From the NCBI GenBank assembly GCA_965200875.1, contig OZ241456.1, positions 160,001-224,000 of the forward strand: a DNA stretch of 64,000 nt. The letters are read 5' to 3'. Positions within the stretch are counted from its first letter, which is position 1, and each line of letters begins with the position of its first letter. The position numbers and the translations under genes were made by a program. This stretch comes from Bdellovibrionales bacterium (GTDB lineage: Bacteria > Bdellovibrionota > Bdellovibrionia > Bdellovibrionales > UBA1609). The notes under the pieces were generated by a model, which ran no database searches, was not told where the DNA came from, and saw only the letters and a list, made by a program, of their open reading frames with translations. This document shows positions 47,670 through 56,651 of this stretch, piece by piece.

Positions 47670-47939
47670 ATGAAAAAATCAGGGTTTTGGATTTTGTTTT
47701 TTTTGCTGTGTCTCCCTTTGGAGGCGAAAGTGGTGTGTAAAACTCCTTCTGATACAGGAAATGAGGCCACGGAAGCTGGTAATATTCAGCAGGAGTGCAA
47801 TGAGGATAGCACCGGTTCCGTGCAAGTTAGTGATAGAGATGTGAATGTTCAGCAAATAGCAAATGTTTTAACAAGTGATCAGGTTTCCTCTAAAGGAGAG
47901 AGTTCTAAAAGTGGTGGTGCTTCTGGAGCGACAAGATAA
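47670..47939 (+). CDS. Small secreted low-complexity protein, positional analogue of Bdellovibrio Bd0108 (hit)
   Basis: Signal peptide, polar mature part with 2 Cys, tail KGESSKSGGASGATR; directly after the RHS gene. Confidence 0.7.
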   Translation: MKKSGFWILFFLLCLPLEAKVVCKTPSDTGNEATEAGNIQQECNEDSTGSVQVSDRDVNVQQIANVLTSDQVSSKGESSKSGGASGATR

Positions 47940-47959
47940 AAAACTTATTCAATCAAAAT

Positions 47960-48247
47960 ATGGAAATAACTTTAAATGTCACTTTATTAACGGCTTTATT
48001 TGCATTGCTTTTGACAGGTGGTATTTTTTTATTTGCTTTTCAGGCATTTCTCTTAAGAGGTGTTAATGCTATGTTGGATTCAAAGACAGAACCCTTAAAA
48101 GAAAATCAAGTGCGTATGGAAAAAGACCTTAATCAGCTGGAAAAAGATATTAATCAATTAAAAGAAAGTCATATACGGATGGAAAGTGAACTTAATCAGT
48201 TTAAAGTGGAAGTAAATGTCAAGTTGGACAAGCTTTTAAGCAAATAA
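47960..48247 (+). CDS. Small single-TM coiled-coil protein (paralog of 9942..10298)
   Basis: FALLLTGGIFLFAFQAFLLRGVNAMLDSKTE then heptads MEKDLNQ/LEKDINQ. Confidence 0.8.
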   Translation: MEITLNVTLLTALFALLLTGGIFLFAFQAFLLRGVNAMLDSKTEPLKENQVRMEKDLNQLEKDINQLKESHIRMESELNQFKVEVNVKLDKLLSK

Positions 48248-48298
48248 ACAATCCTGTGCGGGATAAAGCTTTTAACATATTTTGACATTTGATTTTTT

Positions 48299-49069
48299 TT
48301 ATTTGCTTTTAAAAATAGATACCCATTCTTCCGGCAATGTTTTCCTAAAACCCATTACCAGAAAGCTCGGGCAATTTTTTTTCAAATCCTGCCTTAACAC
48401 TTTTTTTTGAAAGTCAGAAAGTTCTTCAAAAGAGGGAATGCACACAAAAACCCCGTTCATTTCCTGAAAGATCCCTTTTTTCCATTTAAAAGCTTCTGTG
48501 TTTAAAAACGCAAAAGCGGATGTTTTTAAATACAGATTATGGGCCATTTTCAGTAGCTCCGATTTTTTGTTTTTCGGGAGTAAGAGTGGAAAAAGCTCTT
48601 TGTTCATTTTTTTAGGCGTGATTTCTGTTTTTTTATAATCTCTGCTTAAAAAATCCCGGCTTTGTAAATAACAATCTATAAATGTTCTTACCTCACTTGG
48701 GCGGGGATTTTCTTTAAGAAAGGGCTTAAAAGCTCTCCCATTTCCTTCGCCTCTTTCGGAGATTGTCATTTCCTTAAAGCTTGGAAATACAAAAGAAAGT
48801 TTTTTTTCTCTCCTCCCAGAGCGAAAACAAATCAGCACACCAAAGAAATTTTTTCCGGAAAAAAGTGGAAAACCCACTTTTCCCTCTAGGAAAAACCAGT
48901 CTCTTTCATATAAAACCGGAAAAGGAGCTGTGATTAAGTGTATGGAGGAGAGGTTCCACTTTTTTTTCAGCAGACCCATTAAATGGGGAATCTCCCATTG
49001 AATCATTCTTTTTTTCTGATTTTTTCCTAAAACTTCTTTCTTCATTGTCTCATTTCCTTTTTCATTCAT
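48299..49069 (-). CDS. Hypothetical protein with possible degenerate sigma54-activator AAA-like C-terminus
   Basis: LLKMAHNLY...AFLN...GVFVCIPSFEELSDFQKKVL pattern; no Walker A or GAFTGA. Confidence 0.55.
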   Translation of the reverse strand: MNEKGNETMKKEVLGKNQKKRMIQWEIPHLMGLLKKKWNLSSIHLITAPFPVLYERDWFFLEGKVGFPLFSGKNFFGVLICFRSGRREKKLSFVFPSFKEMTISERGEGNGRAFKPFLKENPRPSEVRTFIDCYLQSRDFLSRDYKKTEITPKKMNKELFPLLLPKNKKSELLKMAHNLYLKTSAFAFLNTEAFKWKKGIFQEMNGVFVCIPSFEELSDFQKKVLRQDLKKNCPSFLVMGFRKTLPEEWVSIFKSK

Positions 49070-49564
49070 ATATATTCTTGCAAAAATGAGGACATAAAGC
49101 TTTAAAACTGGCGATTTTAAGGAAGACTTGAAGCTTAAAAACAGAATTTCTTAAAAAAACCTAAAAAAAATGAGGTGTTTTCGTTACCAAAGTCGGGAAA
49201 AGGATGATGTAAATACTTAAAATATTTGGTTTTATTTTTGTCTGTAAAATAAATAAACAGTTCTTTTAAATTCAGAGAAAAAACATTTTTTTTAAGAAAA
49301 AAAACTTTTTATATCTGAAAAAAAACCTTTAAGGAAAGAAAATCCCCTGCTGGATTTTAAACAAAAATATAAATTTTACATTCTTTTACGATTTAAGGTT
49401 TGGAAATTCGGGGTCTTTAATCGTTGGTTATGCAGGACAAATAAAAAGTTATTGTTGTTAAAAACTTCATTCTTAAAAGCTAGAAAGCCCCTTAGGGAGT
49501 GTGGGTTTCGAGAGAGTTTTTAAGCTCTTGACAGAACTTTTGATTTTTTTACTAATAAAAAAAT

Positions 49565-50515
49565 ATGGATCTGTTTTTAAAGAAAGTGTTAAAAGGAAGA
49601 GCGTATAAAAAATACCCTTTGACTCAAGAAGGAAGCTCCCGAAAATATTTTCGTGTAAAAACCGATCAAAACTCTTATATTCTGGCTCACTCCCCTGCTC
49701 ATCAGAAAAAAAAATTTTTGGAAAAGCACGCACTTTTCTCACAAATAAATCTGAATGTGCCAAGGCTTTATTTTCCGGATTTGAAATCTGGTTTTCTTTT
49801 GTTGGAGGATTTAGGGGATCAGAGTCTGGAAAAAGAAGTTAAGGCAAATTCAACTTTTCCCTTTTCCAGTTACATTCAGGCTTTAGATCAAATCATCAGC
49901 CTGCAAAAACATTCTGAGCACGCTTTGTTTCCCCGCTTTCAGGGTTTTTTTAAGGAAATGCTTCTGACTGAAAAATATCTGGTAAAAAGTTTTTTTAAAT
50001 TCCCGCCGGAAAAGTTTTTAAGAAAAAAATATTTAAAAGAATGGCAGGATATTTGTGAAAAACTTAAGTCTTTTCCTCTAAAGCCTGCGCACCGGGATTG
50101 CCACAGCCGAAATCTGTTTTTAAAAGATCAAAATGTTTATCTGATTGATTTTCAGGATGCAGGGCTTTTTCCAAGATTTTACGATGTGGTAAGTCTTCTT
50201 TACGATGTTTATGTGGTAGACAAAATAAAAGATCCGGTAAGGGAAAAACTTTTAAAATATTTTCATCATCCGGGAGAAGCCCTGAAAAAAGAAGTTTTGA
50301 TCACAGCCCTCCAAAGGCTTTTTAAGGCGAGTGGTAGTTTTGCAGGCTTTTATGTTTTAAAGGGCCAAAAGACCCACTTAAAATATATCCAGCCAGCTTT
50401 AAAAGAGTTGGAAAGGCTTTTAAAGGGTGGTGAAGTTTATTATCCAGGCTTTTTAGAGCTGATTCAAAAATTATTAAACCTTGAGGCAAAAAAGAGAGCT
50501 TTCAGTGGGACATAA
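49565..50515 (+). CDS. amgK: APH-family phosphotransferase, AmgK-like MurNAc/GlcNAc kinase
   Basis: GSSRKYFR, LLLEDLGD, HRDCHSRNL, IDFQDA, YDVVSLL, QR.FKA.GSF; upstream of a nucleotidyltransferase. Confidence 0.82.
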   Translation: MDLFLKKVLKGRAYKKYPLTQEGSSRKYFRVKTDQNSYILAHSPAHQKKKFLEKHALFSQINLNVPRLYFPDLKSGFLLLEDLGDQSLEKEVKANSTFPFSSYIQALDQIISLQKHSEHALFPRFQGFFKEMLLTEKYLVKSFFKFPPEKFLRKKYLKEWQDICEKLKSFPLKPAHRDCHSRNLFLKDQNVYLIDFQDAGLFPRFYDVVSLLYDVYVVDKIKDPVREKLLKYFHHPGEALKKEVLITALQRLFKASGSFAGFYVLKGQKTHLKYIQPALKELERLLKGGEVYYPGFLELIQKLLNLEAKKRAFSGT

Positions 50516-50563
50516 AGTTTTCGAAAAGAGCTTCTTTAAAACCCGTCAATCAAAAGGGAAGTT

Positions 50564-51724
50564 ATGTTAAAGTCGCCGGGAATTTCTGGATTTTTGCTTT
50601 GCGCAGGAAGAGGTACTCGTTTTGAACCTCATACCCGTTTTCTTCCAAAGCCACTGATTCCTTTTTTAAATCTTCCGCTTTTAGCCTATAATATATATTT
50701 GCTCAGAATGTTGGGAGTAAAAAGGCTTTCTGTCAATGTTCATGCTCATCCTGAATTATTGAAAAGCCAATTAAAAAAGTGGGCCATAAAGGGGAAAATG
50801 GATTCATTGGTTTTAAGCCATGAAGAAAAACTTTTAGGTTCTGCTGGAGGGCTTTTAAAACTTGGAAGCTTTTTCAAAGTTTCTGAACCTTTTTTTTATC
50901 TCAATGGAGATAGTTTTATTTTGTGGAGCGGGGAGGAGAGTGTTAAAAAATCTTTAAAAACTAAGTCGCTCCCTTTGAAAAATTTTTACCTCTCTCATAT
51001 CAAGACGGGTGCACTGGCAAGCTTTTTGGTCCGGCCTGAAGAACCTTTCAAAGAGCCTTTATTTCGCAGGGGATTCATTTGGGCGGATCGGGAGTCCGGG
51101 AGGGTTCATTCTTTTGCTCGCCCGGCAGAAGAAAAAAAATCCCTTAAGCCTTATGACTTTTCCGGTCTCGCCATTTTTTCTCCGGAAATTTTTAAGGAGA
51201 TAAAGCCCAGTGCTCGGCACATTTTTAAAGATGTGCTGGAATCTTTAAAAAAGCACTGCCGGGTATACCCCCTTTCTTCTTTAAAACTTCTGGATATGAA
51301 TCAGCTGGATACTTATCTTAAAGCCACAGGAGAGGCTCTTTCCCTTCTGCAAAGGGAGCGGGAGGAAAAGGCTTTGGGGCATGGTTCTTTTTTGCGCAAA
51401 ATTTTGAACTTTTACTCTCCGGCTTGGAATCTCTTTGAAGGGGAAAATTACTTTTCCGCGACAGCTTTGGATACTCTGCCGGAAAAAAAGAATATTTTGT
51501 TTTGTGGAGCAAAGGTAAAAGGGCTTGAACAGCTTTTGGTTAAAAACTTTGCCGTGCTGGGGGATCATTCGTCTCTAAACAGTTCCTCTTTCCAGGTTGA
51601 GTCACGATTGAAGAAAAATTCCTTGGATTTTCAAAAGATCATCATGGAAAGCTCAGTTTTAGGAGAGGAGATGCGTTTAAAAAACTCTTTAAAAAACACT
51701 TTGCTTTTTAAAAAAGCTCTATAA
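50564..51724 (+). CDS. murU: Sugar-phosphate nucleotidyltransferase, MurU-like
   Basis: LCAGRGTRFEP.T..LPKPLIP, E..LLGSAGG, LNGDS; paired with amgK. Confidence 0.78.
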   Translation: MLKSPGISGFLLCAGRGTRFEPHTRFLPKPLIPFLNLPLLAYNIYLLRMLGVKRLSVNVHAHPELLKSQLKKWAIKGKMDSLVLSHEEKLLGSAGGLLKLGSFFKVSEPFFYLNGDSFILWSGEESVKKSLKTKSLPLKNFYLSHIKTGALASFLVRPEEPFKEPLFRRGFIWADRESGRVHSFARPAEEKKSLKPYDFSGLAIFSPEIFKEIKPSARHIFKDVLESLKKHCRVYPLSSLKLLDMNQLDTYLKATGEALSLLQREREEKALGHGSFLRKILNFYSPAWNLFEGENYFSATALDTLPEKKNILFCGAKVKGLEQLLVKNFAVLGDHSSLNSSSFQVESRLKKNSLDFQKIIMESSVLGEEMRLKNSLKNTLLFKKAL

Positions 51725-53207
51725 ACTGCTTTTTTTTGCGCTTGGCTTGGTATCTTCTGTGGATCATCTCGAATATGTTGTCCTGGCTGACCCCAACGCG
51801 GTTTTTCCCTCTTTTAAGGGACATGCCAGCGACTTTTGAGGCTTTGTTTTTCTCGTCAGATCCAAGCCCTGCAAGCTTTTGGCCACCTCTTTTTCCCGCG
51901 CCAGAATTATCAGAGCTTCTGCCCCCACCGCCATATCCTGAAAAGCCACCCGCGCCCAACAAGCCGGCATCTTCCCCTTCTGCTTCTCCATCTGCAAGAA
52001 TTTCATCTCCTTCTTCATCTAAGGCTTGAGCAATTTGATTTTCCAAAGCATCCATTTTTGCTTTAAAGGCCTGCCCTTCCGGGCCAGCAGTGAACGCCTG
52101 CACTTCAGGAGAATCTGCATCATGAGCGGAATAGGTCTTTCCGTCAGGGGTGGTAATGGTTTTTTTCACGGGGTCCCATTTTAAATCGGTATTATCCTCG
52201 AAGGCTTTTACTGGATTATTTGGATCAATTTTAATTGGCTCCCCCCCCCCATCTGTTGGTACCTGGATTTCGATAGTGGGTTTTGGAATATGTGGCTCGG
52301 GAATGGGAACACCACCAGTTGTCGTTATCTCCCCTGTGCTAGTAGGGGCAGGATCTGGGTTTGGGTTGCCAGTAGTGGTAGGTTCTTCATCACCTGGTTC
52401 ATCGCCCCCACCTCCAGTTCCAAGAAGACCTGCTGAATACTCCGCGGCTGCTTCTTCATTTTCCTTTGCGGTCATAGCCAATACTGTTCCTGCAAGACCA
52501 AGCCCTGCCGCGATTTTGTACCACATCGGAGCACTTGGGCAACATCCTGGAGAGGGTGTACCACATTGTGAGGAGCAGATTCCTCCCTTTATTCCGGCGG
52601 CAAGTCCGCCGGCTATGGCCACAAGACCTGCCATTTGTTGCTTTTCTGCTTGTTTTTTGGCTTTTTCGCTGGCAGATAGCGCATTTTCATCCATCTGGTT
52701 GTTGAATTCTGTAATGGCTACGTCAGCGTCTTCTCTATGACCTCCGAATTCGGTTTTAAGCCACTCTGCTTCCGCTCTTCGTTTGGCGTCCAGGCAGGAT
52801 TCATATAAAGCATTTCCTTCTTCATCTGTGCCAGTTCTTTTGACTTCTACTTTTCTGGGTGGAGGGGGGTTTGGATTGATGGAGGTTTTCGGGGGGGAGT
52901 AGTAGCAGTTGTCTGGTCCTCCGCCTCCTTCTTCGGCCCTTTCTTCCTCCCGCTTGGTTTCGGCGGCCTCAGCCTTGGCTTTTGTCACTTGATCTTCTCT
53001 CCTTTGAATGGCTTGATCACAGGTTTCGTATTGTGGTTCTCCGTTTTCGTCTCGGCCGGGCTTGACCCTTAAAGCGATGGTTTCCTCTTTGTTGTTTTCA
53101 TATATGTTGGTCCATTTGCAAGGGCCGGGTGGTGCAGAATGGAGATCAAGTGGAGCTAGGAAAAACAAAACCAGAAATTCTTTTTTAATGATTATTTTTT
53201 CTTTCAT
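51708..53207 (-). CDS. Secreted Cys/Gly/Pro-rich hypothetical protein with hydrophobic helical hairpin
   Basis: Signal peptide, duplicated DE.G...YE.C..A..R module, Gly/Ala-rich hairpin, C-terminal NIFEMIHRRYQ. Confidence 0.8.
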   Translation of the reverse strand: MKEKIIIKKEFLVLFFLAPLDLHSAPPGPCKWTNIYENNKEETIALRVKPGRDENGEPQYETCDQAIQRREDQVTKAKAEAAETKREEERAEEGGGGPDNCYYSPPKTSINPNPPPPRKVEVKRTGTDEEGNALYESCLDAKRRAEAEWLKTEFGGHREDADVAITEFNNQMDENALSASEKAKKQAEKQQMAGLVAIAGGLAAGIKGGICSSQCGTPSPGCCPSAPMWYKIAAGLGLAGTVLAMTAKENEEAAAEYSAGLLGTGGGGDEPGDEEPTTTGNPNPDPAPTSTGEITTTGGVPIPEPHIPKPTIEIQVPTDGGGEPIKIDPNNPVKAFEDNTDLKWDPVKKTITTPDGKTYSAHDADSPEVQAFTAGPEGQAFKAKMDALENQIAQALDEEGDEILADGEAEGEDAGLLGAGGFSGYGGGGRSSDNSGAGKRGGQKLAGLGSDEKNKASKVAGMSLKRGKNRVGVSQDNIFEMIHRRYQAKRKKKQFIELF

Positions 53208-53228
53208 TGGTTACACTCCTTTTTTTTG

Positions 53229-54824
53229 TTAACGGCAGTCAAGCTTGTTTTTACAAAGGCTTTGAAAGCGTTTGCTGATTCTTTCAAAAATGTTTTGGTG
53301 TGCACCTCCTGCGGAAGTGGCTGGTACTCTCTTGACCCCTTCTTTGTCTTTTAATTCCTTAAGCTTTTTTTTGCTAAGTCCTAAATTGGCATAATCGCCC
53401 TCGCTTTCGTCTTCATTTCCTCCCCCGCCATATCCTGAAAAGCCTCCTCCTCCCATGCTTAAATTTCCGTCCTCGTTTTCTTTGTCATATTTTTTTCTTT
53501 TGAAGTTTCCGGGGTTTGCTCTGAATCCAGAACCACCAAAACCAGAGTATGTTCGCCCGCTGGATTTTGGATTTTTATCCTGCTGAGAAGTATCGGCACT
53601 TTCCCAGTCCAGATCAGCACCATCTCCTCCGGGGAGGTCAATTCCTGGGCTATCAAACGGGTGTTCTTCTCTTCCTCCGCTTCCTAGGTTTCCGGGGTTT
53701 GGTTTCGGCTCGTCATCCTCCTCAGTTTTTTGGTCCTTGGGATTTTCTGCAATATCAGGGGCTTCTTGGGTTTTAGGTGTTCCCCCTACGCCTTTGTCTG
53801 TAGTAGGTGTAGAAGGGTCTGGAACTGTAAGCTCTACAATATCTCTTTTTTTGGGTTTACATGTTTTTGTTTCGGGATTCCATTCCCCACCCTGTTCCTC
53901 GCATTTATCTTTTTGAAATTTACAGTCATTGTTTATCCATTTTCCACCAGCTTCTTTACACTCTTTTTGGTCGTTTATGATACCAGCCTGCATTTTACAC
54001 ATCTCTGAACTAATGGCAGAGTTTGCCATTTGAGATATGTTCTGCATCATAGCGTCTGAGTTGGTTTTTTGACTTGCACAGTTGGCTTTTTCTTTTCTTA
54101 ATTGACAGATTTGTTTTACAAGAGGTGTGGCCTCGGTTTTAAATTTTTTTTCTTTTTCTTGTTTTTGTTCAACGGTCTCGGTTGGGACTGGTGGATTCGG
54201 CAACTTCTCACAATTCGTTTTAGCTGTTTTATACTTTGTACAAACTTGAGCTATCTCACTATCGCAAGTGGATTTACAGCTGGAAATGGATCCTTTGCAG
54301 TTTTGCGAGGCTGAAAGGGAAACTGTCGCTCCTCCCGCCGCCATCATTTGCATTGTTTTGCAAAGCTCTGCCATGTCTTTACCAAAACCTTGGGCAGCCG
54401 ATGCTAGACCAGGTCCTAATGTGGTGGCTATATCGTTTATGCTTTTCAAAGTAGAAAGTGCTTCCCCTCCAAGGCAACTTGTAGGATCTTGGCAACACTC
54501 CATCGCTTTAATATTTGCGGCCATACAGGAGGCGGTATTTTCGGTTTTATCATCATCTTCAGAATTAGCATCACTGTTACCTTCTGTGGGGCTTTCTATT
54601 CCACAAGTATCATTAATGAATGAAGGTCCTTCACAATTTTTAATTTCGAAATTTCCACAATTTGCAGAGGAAGAGGAGCTTTCATCATCATCAGCGGTGG
54701 CTATAACCCCCGCAGAAAAATTATTTTGGTTAGGTGTTAAAATAAATTCGCCTTGAAAAAGGAAGAAAAAAAATATAATCCGAAAAAAGATCGAGCTTTT
54801 AAAAGCTTTAAAAAAACAAAACAT
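53229..54824 (-). CDS. Secreted Cys-rich hypothetical protein, C-terminally related to 51708..53207
   Basis: Signal peptide, many Cys, CxxxGGxW x2, GGGFSGYGGGG, C-terminal NIFERISKRFQ. Confidence 0.8.
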   Translation of the reverse strand: MFCFFKAFKSSIFFRIIFFFFLFQGEFILTPNQNNFSAGVIATADDDESSSSSANCGNFEIKNCEGPSFINDTCGIESPTEGNSDANSEDDDKTENTASCMAANIKAMECCQDPTSCLGGEALSTLKSINDIATTLGPGLASAAQGFGKDMAELCKTMQMMAAGGATVSLSASQNCKGSISSCKSTCDSEIAQVCTKYKTAKTNCEKLPNPPVPTETVEQKQEKEKKFKTEATPLVKQICQLRKEKANCASQKTNSDAMMQNISQMANSAISSEMCKMQAGIINDQKECKEAGGKWINNDCKFQKDKCEEQGGEWNPETKTCKPKKRDIVELTVPDPSTPTTDKGVGGTPKTQEAPDIAENPKDQKTEEDDEPKPNPGNLGSGGREEHPFDSPGIDLPGGDGADLDWESADTSQQDKNPKSSGRTYSGFGGSGFRANPGNFKRKKYDKENEDGNLSMGGGGFSGYGGGGNEDESEGDYANLGLSKKKLKELKDKEGVKRVPATSAGGAHQNIFERISKRFQSLCKNKLDCR

Positions 54825-54953
54825 ATTTGATTAATCATCGGTAAGATCCCCTTTAGAGCTTTAGGTTTTTTTGAAACCTTGCCCGGATTTTTTCAGGTTT
54901 TTTCCTTATCTAGAAAAAAAAGGCTTTTTACTGTTTAAAAAAAAGTCGTCTGT

Positions 54954-55328
54954 TTATTTTTTAGGCTTATTTTTATGTTGTCTGTTAAGCTCTCGCATTT
55001 CCTGCAAAATAGCTTGGCTTTGTGGAATAAAAACCGCGGAATCCAATTTTTCAAAATGTGCTTGATATTGTGCATTTGTGAACTCAAATTTATAATCAAA
55101 AATCCAAAACATGACAAAAAAAGCAACACTTACAGCAAAAACAATAACAGTAGAAAGCACAGTAGTTATTCTCATAAAAAGCTTTGTTTGTACTTTCTCT
55201 AATTCAGAATGTACTTTCTCTAATTCAGAATGAAACTCAGATGACAGGTTATCAATCTTTGAATCCAGTTTTTGAATCAATAAAGCAACATTTAAATCAT
55301 TTTGTGAGATTGTTTTTGAATCCGACAT
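54954..55328 (-). CDS. Small coiled-coil plus TM protein
   Basis: Heptad duplication HSELEKV (21-bp exact repeat) before a TM helix; GAGGG RBS. Confidence 0.72.
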   Translation of the reverse strand: MSDSKTISQNDLNVALLIQKLDSKIDNLSSEFHSELEKVHSELEKVQTKLFMRITTVLSTVIVFAVSVAFFVMFWIFDYKFEFTNAQYQAHFEKLDSAVFIPQSQAILQEMRELNRQHKNKPKK

Positions 55329-55389
55329 TTATATCCCTCTTTGTTATTTATCATAAGAGTAAAGAAAAATAGTTCAAAAGTCAATTTTT

Positions 55390-55899
55390 TTACTGGCCCA
55401 AGTGATACATATCCGGGTAATTTCTTCCCTCTTCGTTTAAATCCATGCCATAGCCCACGATAAAGCGATCATCAATGGCTTTCCCGATATAGTCAGCATG
55501 TATCAGGGTTTTTCGATGAGAGGATTTATCCAGTAAAGCCACAGTTTTTAAAGAGGCCGGTTCTGCAAGCTTGATCCTCTCCTTCAGAAAAGAAAGCGTA
55601 AGCCCGGAATCAATAATTTCCTCCACAATCAGCACATCTTTTTTTTTTAAGTTAAGGGAAATATCTTTTTTGATTTTAAAGCTTTTATTTTTTGGACTTG
55701 AGATCAATACAAAGTCTGTTTGTGAGGGGATGGTGAGCTGGCGGATAAGATCTGAAAGAAAAAAAACAGAGCCTCTTAAGGGACATATCAAAATCAGCTC
55801 TTTTGTTTCTGAATAATCTTTTTCAATTTCCCCTGCGAGATTTTTTATGATCTGCTGAATATCTTTTGCCCTTAAAAATGGAACCAGTCCTTTTAACAT
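55390..55899 (-). CDS. hpt: Hypoxanthine phosphoribosyltransferase
   Basis: LRGSVFFLSDL, VLIVEEIIDSGLTL PRPP motif, LLDK, FIVGYGMD...RNYP; GGAGGAG RBS. Confidence 0.93.
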   Translation of the reverse strand: MLKGLVPFLRAKDIQQIIKNLAGEIEKDYSETKELILICPLRGSVFFLSDLIRQLTIPSQTDFVLISSPKNKSFKIKKDISLNLKKKDVLIVEEIIDSGLTLSFLKERIKLAEPASLKTVALLDKSSHRKTLIHADYIGKAIDDRFIVGYGMDLNEEGRNYPDMYHLGQ

Positions 55900-55939
55900 T
55901 TTTATCTCCTCCTTCAATGGGTCGTCTTAAGCAAAAAAA

Positions 55940-56647
55940 TTAAAGTTCATTTATGTTTTGTGCTTTCAAAAGGCCATTCATGGCTGTCTGATTTTGGGGT
56001 TGAATTTTTAAAACATTTTCCCACTCGTTTATGGCCAGAAGAATTTTTTGGCTTTCAAAGTGCCATTCAGCTTTTAAAAGCCTGGCCTGAATATTTTGAG
56101 GATAAAGACAAATAAAGCTTTTTAAATATTTTTCAGCTTGGGTTTTTTGATGAAGTTTCCAAAGGAGACGCGCAATTTCCAATTTTACGAAAGGTTTTGG
56201 ACAAACCTGATCTCCTTTTATGTATTCCTTTAAGGCAGATTTAAGCTTGTTTTTCTTTAAATAAAGCTTTGCGGTTTGGCTGTGTTTTTCCATAAGTTCC
56301 TCTTTCCAGGTCTCTTCCCCGGTTTGGGCTTTAATTTCAAGGGCTTTTTCGTAGGCTTTACGGGCTGGCTCGTAGTAGCCAAGCTCATTTAGCACAATGC
56401 TTAAGTTTAACAAATATTCTGGGTGGGCCTCCCTTTCAGAAGCTCTTTGAAACTGCTTAAGGCTTGCCTTGAAAAACCCTTGATGAAAAAGAGCTATCCC
56501 CAATAAATGATGAGCCTGAGCAGTTTTTTCCACTTCCATAAGGCCTTTTTGTAAAATATTTTGAGCAGAGCGAAATTGTCTTTTTTGTAAAAGCTCTCTC
56601 GCCCTCTGGCAATAATCCTCCCCTTTCAGGTAAAAAGATGTTTCCAT
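55940..56647 (-). CDS. Tetratricopeptide repeat protein
   Basis: AHHLLGIAL, LLNLSIVLNELGYYE.A...YEKA, WENVLKIQPQN TPR patterns. Confidence 0.85.
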   Translation of the reverse strand: METSFYLKGEDYCQRARELLQKRQFRSAQNILQKGLMEVEKTAQAHHLLGIALFHQGFFKASLKQFQRASEREAHPEYLLNLSIVLNELGYYEPARKAYEKALEIKAQTGEETWKEELMEKHSQTAKLYLKKNKLKSALKEYIKGDQVCPKPFVKLEIARLLWKLHQKTQAEKYLKSFICLYPQNIQARLLKAEWHFESQKILLAINEWENVLKIQPQNQTAMNGLLKAQNINEL

Positions 56648-56651
56648 TTTT

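Noticed and set aside
45956..47939. RHS toxin plus immunity pair
   Set aside because: The RHS protein is short and lacks the conserved core end and toxin tip; the downstream gene is secreted and low-complexity, fitting Bd0109/Bd0108 better
49070..49560. Possible replication origin in a long AT-rich intergenic region
   Set aside because: No clustered TTATCCACA DnaA boxes were found
52150..52740. 196-aa plus-strand ORF (likewise 54268..54756)
   Set aside because: Antisense to long ORFs that carry signal peptides and shared family motifs
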